From the NCBI GenBank assembly GCA_964016885.1, contig OZ024740.1, positions 24,862,001-24,926,000 on the forward strand: a DNA stretch of 64,000 nt, written 5' to 3'. The DNA comes from Eledone cirrhosa. Taxonomy: Eukaryota. A program made the translations under genes and the position numbers. The notes beneath the pieces are model-generated. The model searched no databases, was not told the DNA's origin, and saw only the letters and a program-made list of their open reading frames with translations. Positions 39,151 to 54,363 of the stretch are shown here, in pieces (the stretch's first letter is position 1; each line of letters opens with the position of its first letter).

Positions 39151-39957
39151 CTAATGATTCTATATATATATATATATATCAACGTAATTGTTGGTGTATA
39201 TTAACCGTAGATGCCAGCTCACCACCGCCACTAGTTTCCCGATCCCATTCATAAACATGCGCAATATACAGTAACTTGCAAACAGCATGGTAACACAGGA
39301 AGAAAGAAAACATAACATTCTTAGTAAAATTGTTGGTCATTGTGTCAGCGACCCGTTATAGTAACGAGTTCCGCGAGGTGGGGGTTGGCTGTGGCAGTGT
39401 GTGTCGCTGGAAAATGCCTTTTGTCTTGCTCGAGGGGCGCAACACCATTACCTCCGCGCCCTAGGCACAAAGCCCGTCACCTTCTCTACCGCTCCCCATT
39501 TGTCTTTGACACTAGAGCCCTTGCCTTTCAAATCCTTTTTCCGTTGTTTTATATTCTCTTATTTTATGTTCCATTCTTTCTTCTCAACCTACTTTACCTT
39601 TGTCTATTAAATTGTGAAGATTAAATAAGAAGCAAGGAATAGTTAGGTCAGGGCTTCATATACTGTCAATAAAACTTCACTAAATTTCCAAACAATCAGA
39701 ATTCCTCGACAAGGTCAACCTATTAGCTACAAATACAAACCTAATATCTCTCAAATAATTGTTTCTACTTTTGGCACAAGACCAGCAATTACTCCAGTGT
39801 ATTACTAGTACTTTATTTTATCGACCCCGTAAGGATGAAAGGCAAAGTTAACCTCGGCCTCAAATAATACCATTGTTTCTTAAGTAGAGGTATAAAACTT
39901 TGGACAACGTCTAAATAAAAGAAGTGGTCATTACTGAAGCGTCATACGTCCAGCCTA

Positions 39958-42900
39958 GGTATGGTATGGTATGGGATGGTATGGGATGGTACTGTATGGT
40001 ATGTTATGGTATGGTATGGTATGGTATGTTATGGTATGGTATGGCATGGTATGGTATGGATGGTATGGTATGATATGGGATGGTACTGTATGGTATGGTA
40101 TGGAATGGTATGGTATGGTTATAGTACGGTATGGGATGGTACGGTATGGCAGGGTATGGTATGGTATGATATGGTGTGGTATGGTACGGTATGGTATGGT
40201 AGCTATGGTATATTAGGTATGGTATGACATGATTATGGTATGGTAAGGTATGGTATGGTATGGTATGGCACGGTATGGTAAGGTATGGTATGGTATGATA
40301 TGGTACGGTATGGTATGGTATGGTACGGTATGGTATGGTATGATATGGTATGGTACGGTATGGTATGGTATGGTATGTTATGGTATGGTATGGTATGGTA
40401 CGGTATGGTATGGTATGGTATGGTACGGTACGGTATGGTATGGTATGATATGGTACGGTACGGTACGGTATGGTATGGTATGGTATGTTATGGTATGGTA
40501 CGGTATGGTATGTTATGTTATGGTACGGTATGGTATGGTATGGTATGTTATGGTATGGTATGGTATGTTATGGTATGGTATGGTATGTTATGTTATGGTA
40601 TGGTATGGTATGGTATGTTATGGTATGGTATGGTATGGTACGGTATGGTATGTTATGTTATGGTACGGTATGGTATGTTATGTTATGTTATGGTACGGTA
40701 TGTTATGGTATGGTATGGTATGGTATGGTATGTTATGGTATGGTATGGTATGTTATGGTATGGTATGGTATGGTATGTTATGGTATGGTATGGTATGGTA
40801 TGTTATGGTATGGTATGGTATCGTACGGTATGGTATGTTATGTTATGGTACGGTATGGTATGTTATGTTATGTTATGGTACGGTATGTTATGGTATGGTA
40901 TGGTATGGTATGGTATGTTATGGTATGGTATGGTATGGTATGGTATGTTATGGTATGGTATGGTATGTTATGGTATGGTACGGTATGTTATGTTATGTTA
41001 TGTTATGGTACGGTATGTTATGGTATGGTATGGTATGGTATGGTATGGCATGGTATGGTATGGTATGGTATGGTATGGTATGGTATTGTACGGTATGGTA
41101 TTTTATGTTATGTTATGGTATGTTATGGTATGGTATGGTATGTTATGGTATGGTATGGTATGGTATGGTATGTTATGGTATGGTATGGTATGGTATGGTA
41201 TGGTATGGTATGGTACGGTACGGTATGGTATGGTACGGTATGGTTTGGTATGTTATGTTATGGTACGGTACGGTACGGTATGGTGTGGTATGGTATGGTA
41301 TGGTATGGTACGGTATGGTATGGTAAGGTCTGGTACGGTATGGTATGGTATGGTGCGGTATGGTATGGTAGATATGGTATATTAGGTATGGTATGACATG
41401 ATTATGGTATGGTAAGGTATGGTATGGTATGGTATGGTATGGTACGGTATGGTATGGTATGGTATGGTATGGTATGGTATGGTATGGTATGGTATGGTAT
41501 GGTATGGTATGGTATGGTATGGTATGGTATGGTATGGTATGGTATGATATGGTACGGTACGGTATGGTATGGTATGGTATGGTATGGTATGGTATGGTAT
41601 GTTATGGTATTGTATGGTATGCTATGTTATGGTATGGTATGGTATGGTATGGTATGGTATGGTATGTTATGGTATGGTATGCTATGTTATGGTATGGTAT
41701 GCTATGTTATGGTATGGTATGGTATGGTATGGTATGTTATGGTATGTTACGGTACGGTATGGTATGGTATGGTATGGTATGGTATGGTATGGTATGGTAT
41801 GGTATGGTATGCTATGTTATGGTATGGTATGGTATGGTATTGTATGGTATGGTATGGTATGGTATGGTATGTTATGGTATGGTACGGTACGGTATGGTAT
41901 GGTATGGTATGTTATGGTATGGTATGGTATGTTATGGTATGGTATGGTATGGTATGTTATGGTATGGTATGGTATGGTATGTTATGGTATGGTATGGTAT
42001 GGTACGGTATGGTATGGTATGTTATGGTACGGTATGGTATGTTATGTTATGTTATGGTACGGTATGTTATGGTATGGTATGGTATGGTATGGTATGTTAT
42101 GGTATGGTATGGTATGGTATGGTATGGTATGGTATGGTATGTTATGGTATGGTATGGTATGGTATGGTATGGTACGGTATGTTATGTTATGTTATGTTAT
42201 GGTACGGTATGTTATGGTATGGTATGGTATGGTATGGTATGGCATGGTATGATATGGTATGGTATGGTATGGTATGGTACGGTATGGTATTTTATGTTAT
42301 GTTATGGTATGTTATGGTATGGTATGGTATGTTATGGTATGGTATGGTATGGTATGTTATGGTATGGTATGGTATGGTATGGTATGGTATGATATGGTAC
42401 GGTACGGTATGGTATGGTACGGTATGGTTTGGTATGTTATGTTATGGTACGGTACGGTACGGTATGGTGTGGTATGGTATGGTATGGTACGGTATGGTAT
42501 GGTAAGGTCTGGTACGGTATGGTATGGTATGGTGCGGTATGGTATGGTAGATATGGTATATTAGGTATGGTATGACATGATTATGGTATGGTAAGGTATG
42601 GTATGGTATGGTATGGTATGGTACGGTATGGTATGGTATGGTATGTTATGGTATGGTATGGTATTGTATGGTATGGTATGGTATGGTATGGTATGGTATG
42701 GTATGATATGGTACGGTACGGTATGGTATGGTATGGTATGGTATGGTATGTTATGGTATGGTATGGTATGCTATGTTATGGTATGGTATGGTATGGTATG
42801 GTATGGTATGTTATGGTATGGTATGCTATGTTATGGTATGGTATGCTATGTTATGGTATGGTATGGTATGGTATGGTATGTTATGGTATGTTACGGTACG

Positions 42901-43485
42901 GTATGGTATGGTATGGTATGGTATGGTATGGTATGGTATGGTATGGTATGGTATGGTATGCTATGTTATGGTATGGTATGGTATGGTATTGTATGGTATG
43001 GTATGGTATGGTATGGTATGTTATGGTATGGTACGGTACGGTATGGTATGGTATGGTATGGTATGGTATGGTATGGTATGGTATGTTATGGTATGGTATG
43101 CTATGTTATGGTATGGTATGGTATTGTATGGTATTGTATGGTATGGTATGGTATGTTATGGTATGGTACGGTACGGTATGGTATGGTATGGTACGGTACG
43201 GTATGGTATGGTATGGTATGGTATGGTATGGTATGTTATGGTATGGTATGCTATGTTATGGTATGGTATGGTATTGTATGGTATTGTATGGTATGGTATG
43301 GTATGTTATGTTATGGTATGGTACGGTACGGTACGGTATGGTATGGTATGGTATGCTATGGTATGTTATGGTATGGTATGCTATGTTATGGTATGGTATG
43401 GTATTGTATGGTATGGTATGGTATGGTATGTTATGGTATGGTACGGTACGGTATGGTATGGTAAGGTATGGCATGATATGGTATG
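39958..43485. repeat. (TATGG)n pentanucleotide satellite with ~1.17-kb higher-order duplication
   Basis: Unit variants TATGT, TACGG and TATTG. Marker TATATTAGGTATGGTATGACATGA occurs at ~40209, ~41378 and ~42557. Confidence 0.97.
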
Positions 43486-43814
43486 GACACATATCACCTG
43501 GTGGGAGCGGTAGGGGCGCCGTTGTGAAATACAGCATTCTTGGGGATTTTAAGCCTGGCGGGCCCATATCTCTTCAGGTTTGAACACAACAGATTTCTTC
43601 CCGAGAAAGAATGTGTGTGTCTGTGTGTGATTATATGTGTGTGTGAGTATATGTGTGTGGGGGGAGAGGGAGAGAGAGAGCGGAAGAATCGACCCCATTA
43701 CAAGATAGGTATTTTTTTATCGTACAAAAAAAAAGGATCGTCGACCTTCGTTAAACCGGACCGAGGAAACAATGTCTCCGTTCGTCTTTCCAGTTGCTAA
43801 GACTATCTATCTGT

Positions 43815-43930
43815 CGCAACTCCATGTAGAAGGAGCAACGTGAAATAAAGCGTCTTGCTCAAGGATATAACGCATCGCCCGGTCCAGGAATCGAACTCAC
43901 ATCCTCACGATTGCGAATCCAATTCTCTAA
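43815..43930 (-). mobile_element. tRNA-derived SINE fragment
   Basis: Reverse complement matches the 8537 family (GTTCGATTCCTGGACC..GCAAGAC.CTTTATTTCACGTTGCTCC). Confidence 0.75.
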
Positions 43931-45389
43931 GGATGAAAGACAAAGTTGACCTCGGTGAGATTTGAACTCTGTGTGGGAAACCAAAACTAACAGTACAAAG
44001 CATTCTATGTGACGTTCTAAGGACTGATAATTCACCAGCTATAAAAAGCACAACCTCAAATCACAACCTCAATGTATAAAAGGATCCGCACGCGGATGAT
44101 TTACGTTGTGATGTGGTAGCTAAGTATTTTTTATGTCTTGATGTGGTAGCTAAGTATATTTTATGTTTATACCATTACTTATTTGTATAGGTAAGTATAT
44201 ATTACCTGTATGTTTTGTGAAGGTACGTATACTTTCTCGTACGTATATTTGCTTGTATTTGTTGGTTTATATTCTCCAATAAATCTGTTATATGTGTTAA
44301 CAATGGGATTGATGACTTAATATCTGTATACAAAAACTGCAACGGTACGCGATGGGGCCTACCCATAGCACCGGCGGACAGAATGGAGAAGGCGTTTCCC
44401 CATTTATTTGTTATACGCATAAATACTATATTATATATACTGGTACATGTGTATATGGTTATGTGTATATGTGTGTTTTGCGTTTGTGTGTGAGTATGCG
44501 GGTTTGCACGATGTAGGGCGTGCGTATATGTGTACTTTGTGTTTTAGTTGACTTGCGTTTAGCGAACATATGTGTATTTACATGTGGGTGTGTGTGTGCG
44601 CGCGTTATATGCGTATTTATGTGTTTATTTATATACGTTTATATAATTATATGTATACGCGCACACACACACTTGTATATATAAATTTTATATATATATG
44701 TATATATATATATATATTTTATATATATATGTATATATATATATATATTTTATATATATGTTTTATGTACATTTGATGTATACGTTGGTATGTGGGCGGG
44801 TACAGGCATTGCGTGGGTTTTTGTATGTGTGCGCGTGGTTTTGTGTACGTGCCTGTATTTGCATACCCATGGCGGGTGTTACCACGTATGCATGTGTATG
44901 TACGTATATAGATGCGTACATCTATATATTTAATTATTGTTGATTTCAATAAACTCTGTAATTTATTTACATTATTCTTAACTCTGAAGCAGAGAATCAT
45001 TTGGTTTCCTAAACAGAATTTTAGTCTACAAACTTCAGTTATACCATAAACGTGGTTTTGTCTTTGCGTGTAATTGTTTTTCACCACTCCAAGTAATGAC
45101 GTATTATCTTTGTTTTTACGCTCATTGCCAGGGAACGTCTCAACGAACCAAAGTATCGTCTTCCTTTCTTCCTTCGGTTGCAACGTTTTTCGAAATATTT
45201 ACTTCTGCGTTCACATATTGATTGTTTTAGTTTCAGAAGTTAAGGGTGAAAGCAGCGATTCTTTTCTTAAACTTTAATCTGTTATTTTAATAAATATTTG
45301 CTCTACGGTTCTTATATATTTGATATATATTTATCCTTATCGAGCCCGCTTTGGATTCTAGTCTTCAAATTTATTATTATTACTATATA

Positions 45390-45445
<56 letters not shown>

Positions 45446-46138
45446 ATCAAAAGATGGTTAAAAGAGTTCCATATGATGAAAACACAAATGTTATTGCATG
45501 ATGATATTTGTTTTTGAAATGCGCATAATAAAATACATGGAACTCTTTTAACCATCTTTTGATCTTATATATTATGTATACTCCAGTCCTACAAACTGTA
45601 GAGTGCTTCTTATCCGATATCATCTGCATTGCTTTATTGTACTACAATACAACTCACCTCCTACATATATATATATATATATATATATATGCAATTCAAA
45701 TTGAGAGTGTGTCCATTTACATAATTCGAATATAAATGTGTACTTATATCGCCTAATTTTTCGATATACCTATTTCTCTGTCTGTCTTTAAACTTCTACA
45801 GCTATTTGCACATACCATATTTAGAATTCGACTCGCTCTAATGTCATCTCACCGATGTCATAGTATATAATTTAAAGAAGCTTCCAAGAAAATCGGAATT
45901 CTTTACCACGAAGACATTCCACAGGAGAAGCTGTGCAACGTGAATCCATTTAAATAGTAATCTCTGCTCGTTATTGAAATCTTCCTTTCGAAATGGAGTT
46001 TCTAGCAATCTAATAGACCTTCAATCGAATGTTCGTATGGAGAAAAACACTTTTAGAGCTTCATATAATTGTTAGGTTCGCACCAAAAATGCCAGTGTAC
46101 TTTCGTCTTCCTTCTTCACCTCCAGCATTGTTTTTCTT

Positions 46139-46341
46139 GTCGTCGTCGTCGTCATCGTTGTTGTTGTTGTTGTTGTTGTTGCTCTTCTTCTTCTTCTTCT
46201 TCTTCTGCTTCTTCTTCTTCTTCTTCTTCTTCTTCTACTACTACTACTACTACTACTACTAGTACTACTACTACTACTGCTGCTGCTGCTACTACTACTA
46301 CTACTACTACTACTACACTACAACTACAACTACTGCTGATG

Positions 46342-46419
<78 letters not shown>

Positions 46420-46420
46420 A
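46139..46420. repeat. Compound trinucleotide microsatellite (TCG)(TTG)(TTC)(CTA)(CTG)(CTA)
   Basis: Direct reading of the sequence. Confidence 0.95.
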
Positions 46421-47519
46421 CCATACAAATGGTCCTTACTGAAGGCTAGTGAAGAATCAAATGTTATCGTTTAGAGAGTTTCCTCCTGGAATTAAGACTG
46501 ATAATGAAACTAAGTAAGACGAAACATTGAACCCTGGCGGAGAAATAAGAAAATGATATTAGTCATTGTGATATATTGCATTTTTCTGTCCTCACCTCAT
46601 TCCTATTTAAATTTACTCCTCCCAGAGTATTACTCTTTCCTTAAGCTAACTGTTACATCTAGAAACCATTGTTTTACATCTATTTAGGGAGACTCCCATC
46701 AGCGGTTCCATTAATTCGGTAGAAAAATTATTTGGCTGAAAAGTCCTTATTAGGTTTATTTTTCAACACAATCCCTACGAAGAAAGAAAGCCAGTTTTAT
46801 ATACCCAAGATACATCGTAACGAATGACGACATCTTTACGTGTCAGGAATGGAGTGCTCATGAAAGTAAGATAATGTCTGTTATATTGGCGATATCACAT
46901 AATATTTTCTAGATACTTCTTGTATCTGCTTCATTACGTCTACTACGGTTAACTTCCTATTTGGAATGTTTTACTTTTCATGTTCACATTCTGCAAGTAT
47001 GTGAATGTTGTCTGGGGTGGATAAATGTTAAGAATATATTACAAATTTGTTTGGGAAAGTAAATGTAGAACAACCAGTGTATTATTTTGGAGTGATATAT
47101 GAAACATGAAATTTTCCGTAGTTCAAAAAAGGAAAAAAAAAAACAAACAAGGTCCATACTAATAAAGTACTCAATAAATATCAAGATGTAGAGTTGGCTT
47201 ATTTCATTAAAACCAATCTGTTTACAATTGCATTTGCGTTAAAGAAATTTCAGATAAATTTCCTTTGTGATTCAACGATAAATATTCTGGTTCAAAAAAA
47301 GAACTCTTGAATTAATTAGTTTGCACACCTGAGTTCAACTGCACCTGCGTATGTAACAGGTAAGGTGAAACTACTAAAAATAGCAGACAAATAATGGGAC
47401 TTGAGGCTAAAGAGCAAGAAGATTGGCAAAAAAGACAATATTAAATCCTTCCAAAGTCTGGCATTTTGCAAAAAAGGGAAAGTCGATTATAAGGACTTCA
47501 GCACTTAATTGGTACTTTC

Positions 47520-47860
47520 TCCAGCTGCAACCTGGTGCAGTCTGCGACTAACCCAGGTTCTGCTGCATGTCGGGCCAAACTCTTCAAATACCGGCCGCTC
47601 TCCGACAGGTTTGCGGTTGTACTCTTGGCAGTAGAGACTTCTGGTATCCTCGGCCTTAGGGCTACCTCCCTACTCACCACCATAGAGGCTGAACTGGCCA
47701 GCCGCAGGTGTGAGCCCCACGAGTTGGAATGGCTTTTCCAGCGCGTCTCCCTTGCCGTCCTCCGGAGAAACGCCTTCTCTATTCTGTCCGCCGGGGCTGT
47801 GTGTGTGGGGGGGGGGGGGACCAATATGATTGACTGACTTGTCATTTTATCAGTCAGGTG
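47520..47860 (+). mobile_element. CRE-type non-LTR retrotransposon 3' fragment (restriction-like endonuclease C-terminus)
   Basis: ORF 47535-47837, AKLFKY..FAVVLLAVETSGILG..ELEWLFQRVSLAVLRRNAFSIL, fits the K..KY / AVETxG / QRxSxAxxRGNA pattern of CRE-clade RLE domains. Confidence 0.78.
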
Positions 47861-48999
47861 TTTTAGACCCGTTGTATGAATATATCGGTTTTTTGTTCAG
47901 TTTCGTAAAATTCTATTTCTCTTTTTTCCATCTATTGGTACTTTATTCTTATTGACCTCGGAAGGGTGAAAGACAATGTTCACCACGGCAATATTTTAAC
48001 GTAGGAAATAAGCTGAAACTAATTCCTGAAAACCTTTTTGTCTGACGCTCTACATCTTTCGTGTTGGTAATCCTGGAATTGTGTTTCGTTGATATATTCT
48101 TACTCTTTGAGATTTGACAATCCTTGATAAACCGACACTTTAATCTTTTAGCAGTTAATTGTTATCAGTTATTGTTCGAATAATGAAAGTTTGGCCTTAC
48201 TTGGAATGTTCCTGTTTGTTGCAATATCTTACCACTGTACCGATTCCGCTAGAAGCCTCTAACATTGTATAACACATGAGGTTTCTTTTGTTGTATAATT
48301 ATGCAGTAAACAGTCCTATCTTATCACCAAATGTCTGGGGATATGGTACGGGATTTAAACGTGGAACACATAAAGTCGAAATTGACAACACAAAGCTCTC
48401 GACCCAATGTTCTCACGATTCCACAAACTCATCTATCACATTTTCTGCATTCTTTACTAACCCAAAATGGCTGAAAGGCAAAACTGATCCGAACGGGTTT
48501 TGAATTCAGAGCACAACAACCAGAGCAGATGCTGAAGGATATTTGATCATCTGCTCTAAGGTCTGTGAATTTGTCGTCTTCCTTGGAAATCCTTCACATT
48601 TTAATAATCTTCCACATGCTGATAGTCCTTGACTTTTTCAGTCATATACTAGAACTGTGGGAAACCCAATCCCTTCTGAGGACTATATAAGTGATATCTA
48701 TTCATAATTATTCTTTAAGAGAAGCCATAATAGATGGACAGGTATTATTGAAGACTGAAACATTAATTACAAGCTGAAGATTGTTTCTTATGTCCTGCGA
48801 TTAATTACATGAAATATTTGAAGTGAGAAAGAGACAGAGAAATAGAGAGAGAGAAGTAGATAGAGAGAGATGAAGGGAGAGATATACATAGATAGATAAA
48901 TAGATAGATAGAGAGAGAGGAAGGGAGAGAAATAGATAGATATAGAGTGATAGAGAGAGAGAGCGTAAGAGATGGATAAAAAGAGAGGGAGAGAAATAG

Positions 49000-49055
<56 letters not shown>

Positions 49056-49063
49056 AAGAACGA

Positions 49064-49123
<60 letters not shown>

Positions 49124-49511
49124 AAAAAAGAGAGATATGTAAGGGTAATTGGAAATTGATTCAAAAGTATTGCTGGTCTCTGAAGGAATCCTGAGAAATT
49201 CCATTTGAATTGCTGGTCTCCAATCAACATCTCTTGAGTAGAGACAATAGAGATGTGTTAGTGTAGTGCAGTGTGCTATGAGTGATGAGATGTATGTAAA
49301 GAGATTTTCATATTCATAATGAAAGGATGTTGGAAGATTTAACGATCTCCTTAAGAAGACAAATGAGAGAAGGCAATAACAACGTTAGGAGGTTGATAAT
49401 GTTTGAAGTAGCTATGAAAGAAATAAAGAAAAAACAACAAAGTATCTGATGTTATTTCGTGAGGCATTCTTAAAAATGGTTCGGGATTAGGCGACAATAA
49501 TTTCATGACGA

Positions 49512-49565
<54 letters not shown>

Positions 49566-49591
49566 CAGAAACACAAACCCTCCATCTCAAT

Positions 49592-49635
49592 TTTACTTTT
49601 GAAAATCATAAGAACTGTGAGACCGGTAAAGTAAA
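49592..49635 (+). ncRNA. Decayed U3-A8 hammerhead
   Basis: TTTACTT-TTGAAAA-..-GAGA-CCGG-TA-AAGTAAA; perfect 7-bp stem I, GAAA mutated. Confidence 0.55.
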
Positions 49636-49904
49636 TAAATAAATATTCTTAAAAGACTCTTGTTTCATTTTCAATTTCTATTATATATAAATATATATTT
49701 ATATATATATATATGTATATATATATATGACAAGTAAGTATGTTTTGAAACAGTGAGCAGGTTTGAAATTAGAAAATAGAATAGCTTTCACCGTATTTTT
49801 TACTAAAGAAATTTTAGCCTGATAATGGGGTTTAGTACCCTCAGATATATGGAAAAAGATGATTATTGACGTATATATATATATAGTAATAATAATAAAT
49901 TTGA

Positions 49905-50116
49905 AGAGGGTTTAGCTGGCATCCTCGTTGAACGTGTCTTGGTTGATTTATTGATAGGGACCCCAGTCCTATCATCTCATTTCTACAGCTGAGTAAACTG
50001 GAGTAACGTGAAATAAAGTGTCTTGCTCAAGGAAACAACACATCACCCTGTCTGAGAATTGAACTCACAACCTTTCGATTGCAAGCCCAATACTCTAAAC
50101 ACTAAGCCATGCGCCT
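49905..50116 (-). mobile_element. tRNA-derived SINE
   Basis: Reverse complement begins AAGGCGCATGGCTTAGTG and carries the family core CCTTGAGCAAGACACTTTATTTCACGTT. Confidence 0.78.
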
Positions 50117-50521
50117 TTATATATATATATGCATGTATGTATACGTGTGTGTGCCAGTGTCCTACTGTTATTAGAATATTATAGTACCTTTATTTGATTG
50201 TCAGCAAAATCGCTAAAATTTTAAGATATTTGCTCAACTTAGAACAATGGAATTCTGGGAATATAGAACCTTAGAGCAATGATTATCTGGCATTATTCCC
50301 TATAGTTTTCAATATTCAACGTAGATGGAATTAAACTCAATAAGAATCAACGTAGTTTTCAGATTTATTCCTTGAAAACTTCTCCTCCAGCAGCAAATTC
50401 AAACTCTGTCCAACATTACATTCCTAGCCGCTTTGTTTATATGCTTCTATATTGATCCGGCGAGGATCATGTAGATTAAAAAAGGATTACTTCAGTGCAA
50501 TAACGATTTCCGAATAACAAT

Positions 50522-50586
<65 letters not shown>

Positions 50587-51628
50587 ACAATGAAACAAAC
50601 TGGATAAATAGCAAAAACGTTAATAGAGGAATACAAGCAAGTTCTGATGTTAAAATCTGCTGCTGGCAGAATGGTGGGTGGGTTTAAATTCTCTTGTGAT
50701 CGATAAAATAGGGATTAAGGGAGTAGTAGAGCAGGACGGTCAATGTTTTTGTAAGATAAACTAGCCAGGTCAAATCTGTTTAAGTCAGAATGGAAGTCAA
50801 TGAAAGGTGCGAGGCATTAAGATGAGTTTGGTGATAAAATTCCCGAGGTTAATTCCCCACTCCCATCTTTCCAATTTAATTCCCCAAATCTACACCAAAT
50901 TAAACTGATACTAGAGGAACAAATTCCCCGCTTTGTTTCTTTTGGAATATTGGAATGCGTAGTTTGAGGCATTGAGTAACGCCATTAACTTGAAGAATAT
51001 AATTACAGCAAATACATTAAAGAAACAGCTAATATAGTAATACATACAGAGCACTAAATAAATATCAGGCAGTGCTGAAAACACAGTTACCTCCTACTTG
51101 GGTATTTCATCCACAAAATGGCAGCTAAACATTCCTTAAATAATATTCATAAACAGGCTGACTTTATTCGTTGCCCAGTTTTTTTTTTTACCACCATCTG
51201 GCAATTTGGGTAGTGTACCCTAGTTAATAAGTGTTGGTGTCTTGATGAATGCGTTGCAGGCATCTGTTGTAGGCATTTAGTACGATCTCTCTGGTTTCTA
51301 GATAACTTTTTTTCCATTTGGCCCTCTGACCATCCTTGGAAGACAAATGGGTTGACAATAAAATAAAAAAAATAATAATGAAGCATCGAAAAATGAAAAC
51401 CTACTTAGTAATCGGAAAAGGTATGAGACTGTCATGGCTGGAAAACGAATTGTCACAGGTCAGAGGCTTAACAAAAACAATAAAAAGCAAATATTTATCG
51501 TCTGTCGTACCAGTGCCCTCCATATTATAAATTCAGATTTCATTCTACGGCCCCGTTTCTCTTTAGCTATCTATCTATATATCTTCTTCTCTCTCTCTCC
51601 CTCTCTCTCCCCCTCTCTCTCTCTTTCT

Positions 51629-51663
<35 letters not shown>

Positions 51664-51752
51664 GCTCACGCACGCACACACACACACCCTATTTCTATTC
51701 CTTCTTTATCCAAACACATATTCACGCGCATACAATTCATTCTTTCTCTCTC

Positions 51753-51857
<105 letters not shown>

Positions 51858-51896
51858 CTGTGTATCTATCTACCTATCCATGTATGAAATCTATCG

Positions 51897-51927
<31 letters not shown>

Positions 51928-52262
51928 AATATATATACACACACTATGTAAACACACGTTCAGCAGCTCCTCGAAAACTTTAATAATGTTTGGGATTAAC
52001 TATTATTGAAGAGCACCCGTGACAAACAATATCTTAAAAACCATCCAATGCTTAGGAATACTACGAAGACATTTCTAGTAGAAGCTGACACCTGAAGTAA
52101 CTTATTTGCTGTTGCCGAGTAAAACATACAAATAAATATATATAGAAAAAATAGGACAGATGGAATAAGCTGAGAGCGTCATTCAAATGCATGTACGTAT
52201 GTATTTATGTATGTATGTGTATGTATATATGTATATTTGCATGTATCTATCAATCTAAATCT

Positions 52263-52344
<82 letters not shown>

Positions 52345-52757
52345 ATATATATATATATGGAGAGAGATAGGGGTGTAGGGGACGAGAGAGAAAGTGTTAG
52401 GGCGGAGATCTGAGTTGAGAATTGTCGGAGAGGGTGTTGGAGAGAATGGTTTGTTGAGTATGGAATCTCTCAAACGCCAGTAGCAACAACTCCAACACCA
52501 CTAGCAGCCATCTCTGGCATATTACAAAATCGATAAGTGTTCAGGCGAGAAGAGGTGCTCCAGGAAAGCCATCCGTCATAATTAGTTCTTGCTAAAAGAA
52601 AGCTGCCTTCCATACTGTTTGTTGGACGTGTCGCCGTAAGGGTTTACCTCTCGCTGTAAATATTCATTTGCTATGACCCTAGAGGGTACGCTTAGAGGCG
52701 AGATAGGGGCAGTATTGAATGGATAGTGTAGCACGGAATATATACATACATATCTAA

Positions 52758-52799
<42 letters not shown>

Positions 52800-52835
52800 G
52801 TCTATCTTTCTATTTCTCTCTCTCTCTCTCTCTTG

Positions 52836-52869
<34 letters not shown>

Positions 52870-52879
52870 ATATATATAT

Positions 52880-52966
<87 letters not shown>

Positions 52967-53314
52967 TGCATATATATGTATGTACATCTGCATTCACATG
53001 AATACACATACAAACTCACACATATATTTACTCACATGCACACATACATTTTTACATTTTTTACAGTGTAGGCAGAAGGTGAAAGAGACGTAGAATAAGG
53101 CAGAATGGGATCTGGTGGTCTCTGAGATTAGAGGTAGACAGGAAGAAAGAAAGAGAGAAAGTTTGAAGGAAAAAAATAACTAGAATAGTGTATGTAGTAA
53201 AGGTGAGAGGATCAGGGAGAGGAGGGGCTGGTGAGTGCGAAAGGGAAATGAGGAGAGAGAGCGGAAGGGAGAGGGGAGATAGCGTAAACAAATAGTATTA
53301 GAGATGAGAATAAT

Positions 53315-53492
53315 TGTCTCTACTTTAGGCACAAGGCCAGCAAATACCCAGTGCATTACTGGTACTTTATTTTATCGACCCTGTAAGGATGAAAGGCAAA
53401 GTCAACCTCGGCGGGATTTGAACTCAGATCGTAAAGGGACGTAAGTATGATGGAAAGCATGGCGTCCGACCCTCTACTGATACTGCCAATCC
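53315..53492 (-). mobile_element. tRNA-derived SINE with Nin/Deu-like central domain (other copies ~25840, 39760, 43930, 47935, 48455, 54787)
   Basis: Reverse complement has B box GTTCAAATCCC followed by GTTGACTTTGCCTTTCATCCTTACAGGGTCGATAAAATAAAGTACCAG. Confidence 0.75.
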
Positions 53493-53738
53493 ACCTCCCT
53501 TTAGAGATGAGAATAATGGTCACATATATATATATATACAATCTTTTCCTGAGTCCTGTATTTTCGTTGCTCTGGTGATGCGGCTGGACTGCCGATCGCT
53601 ATATTTGATTTGCTAAGCTGTCTAAACGTATTGTTATTACTCTGGGTTACTTCTCCCCATCCCAGTGCTAAAGCTACATACCGAATTTGCATTCGTTAGC
53701 TTGGCCGCGATCTAAAGCTTCGTTAATGCTGTACTAAA

Positions 53739-53818
<80 letters not shown>

Positions 53819-53907
53819 AATAAAGAAGGTGTGGTAAGATACCAGGTGGACCATAGCGCACCAGAGTACACGATACTTAGGTAGTAGATATATATATATA
53901 TATATAT

Positions 53908-54115
53908 TAAAATAACAGATAAAATGTAAGCAAAGAATCGTTGCTTTCACCCTTCAGAAGATCCCGTTAAGGGTGAAAGCAGCGATTCTTTGCTTAAACT
54001 TTAATCTGTTATTTTATTGAATATTTACTCTATGGTTTTATATATTTTGATATATATATATTATCCCTATCGGGCCCTCTTCAGATTTTGGTCCTCACAT
54101 TTATTATTATTACTA
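53908..54115. mobile_element. pLTR fragment with terminal inversion (53908-54016); related to 45235-45390
   Basis: The inverted arms are visible. The junction holds HHR remnant GAAGA-T-CCC-gttaa-GGG-T-GAAA. Confidence 0.65.
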
Positions 54116-54158
54116 TATATTATATATATATATACTATTACTATATATATATATATAC

Positions 54159-54244
<86 letters not shown>

Positions 54245-54363
54245 TGGTAGCTAAGATTCTTCCCAGGCGGTATGCCGGTTGAACACTCTATGTTCTTACA
54301 GAGCAGAGTGTGATAGAATAGAAAACGAAAAATCAGTGATGCATCTGAACTCAATTTATTGTG

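Noticed and set aside
39331-39730. Solo LTR (TG...CA with AATAAA)
   Set aside because: No convincing target-site duplication or terminal inverted repeat; left unassigned.
43486-43580. Host exon in a GC-richer patch after the satellite
   Set aside because: No recognisable protein motif or supportable splice pair.
39961-43583. Long MVWYG-repeat ORFs (up to 366 aa)
   Set aside because: They are translations of the (TATGG)n satellite, open in all three plus frames only because the unit lacks stops.
46029-46449. Poly-Ser/Thr/Leu or poly-Glu/Gln ORFs
   Set aside because: They arise from a compound trinucleotide microsatellite with no coding context.
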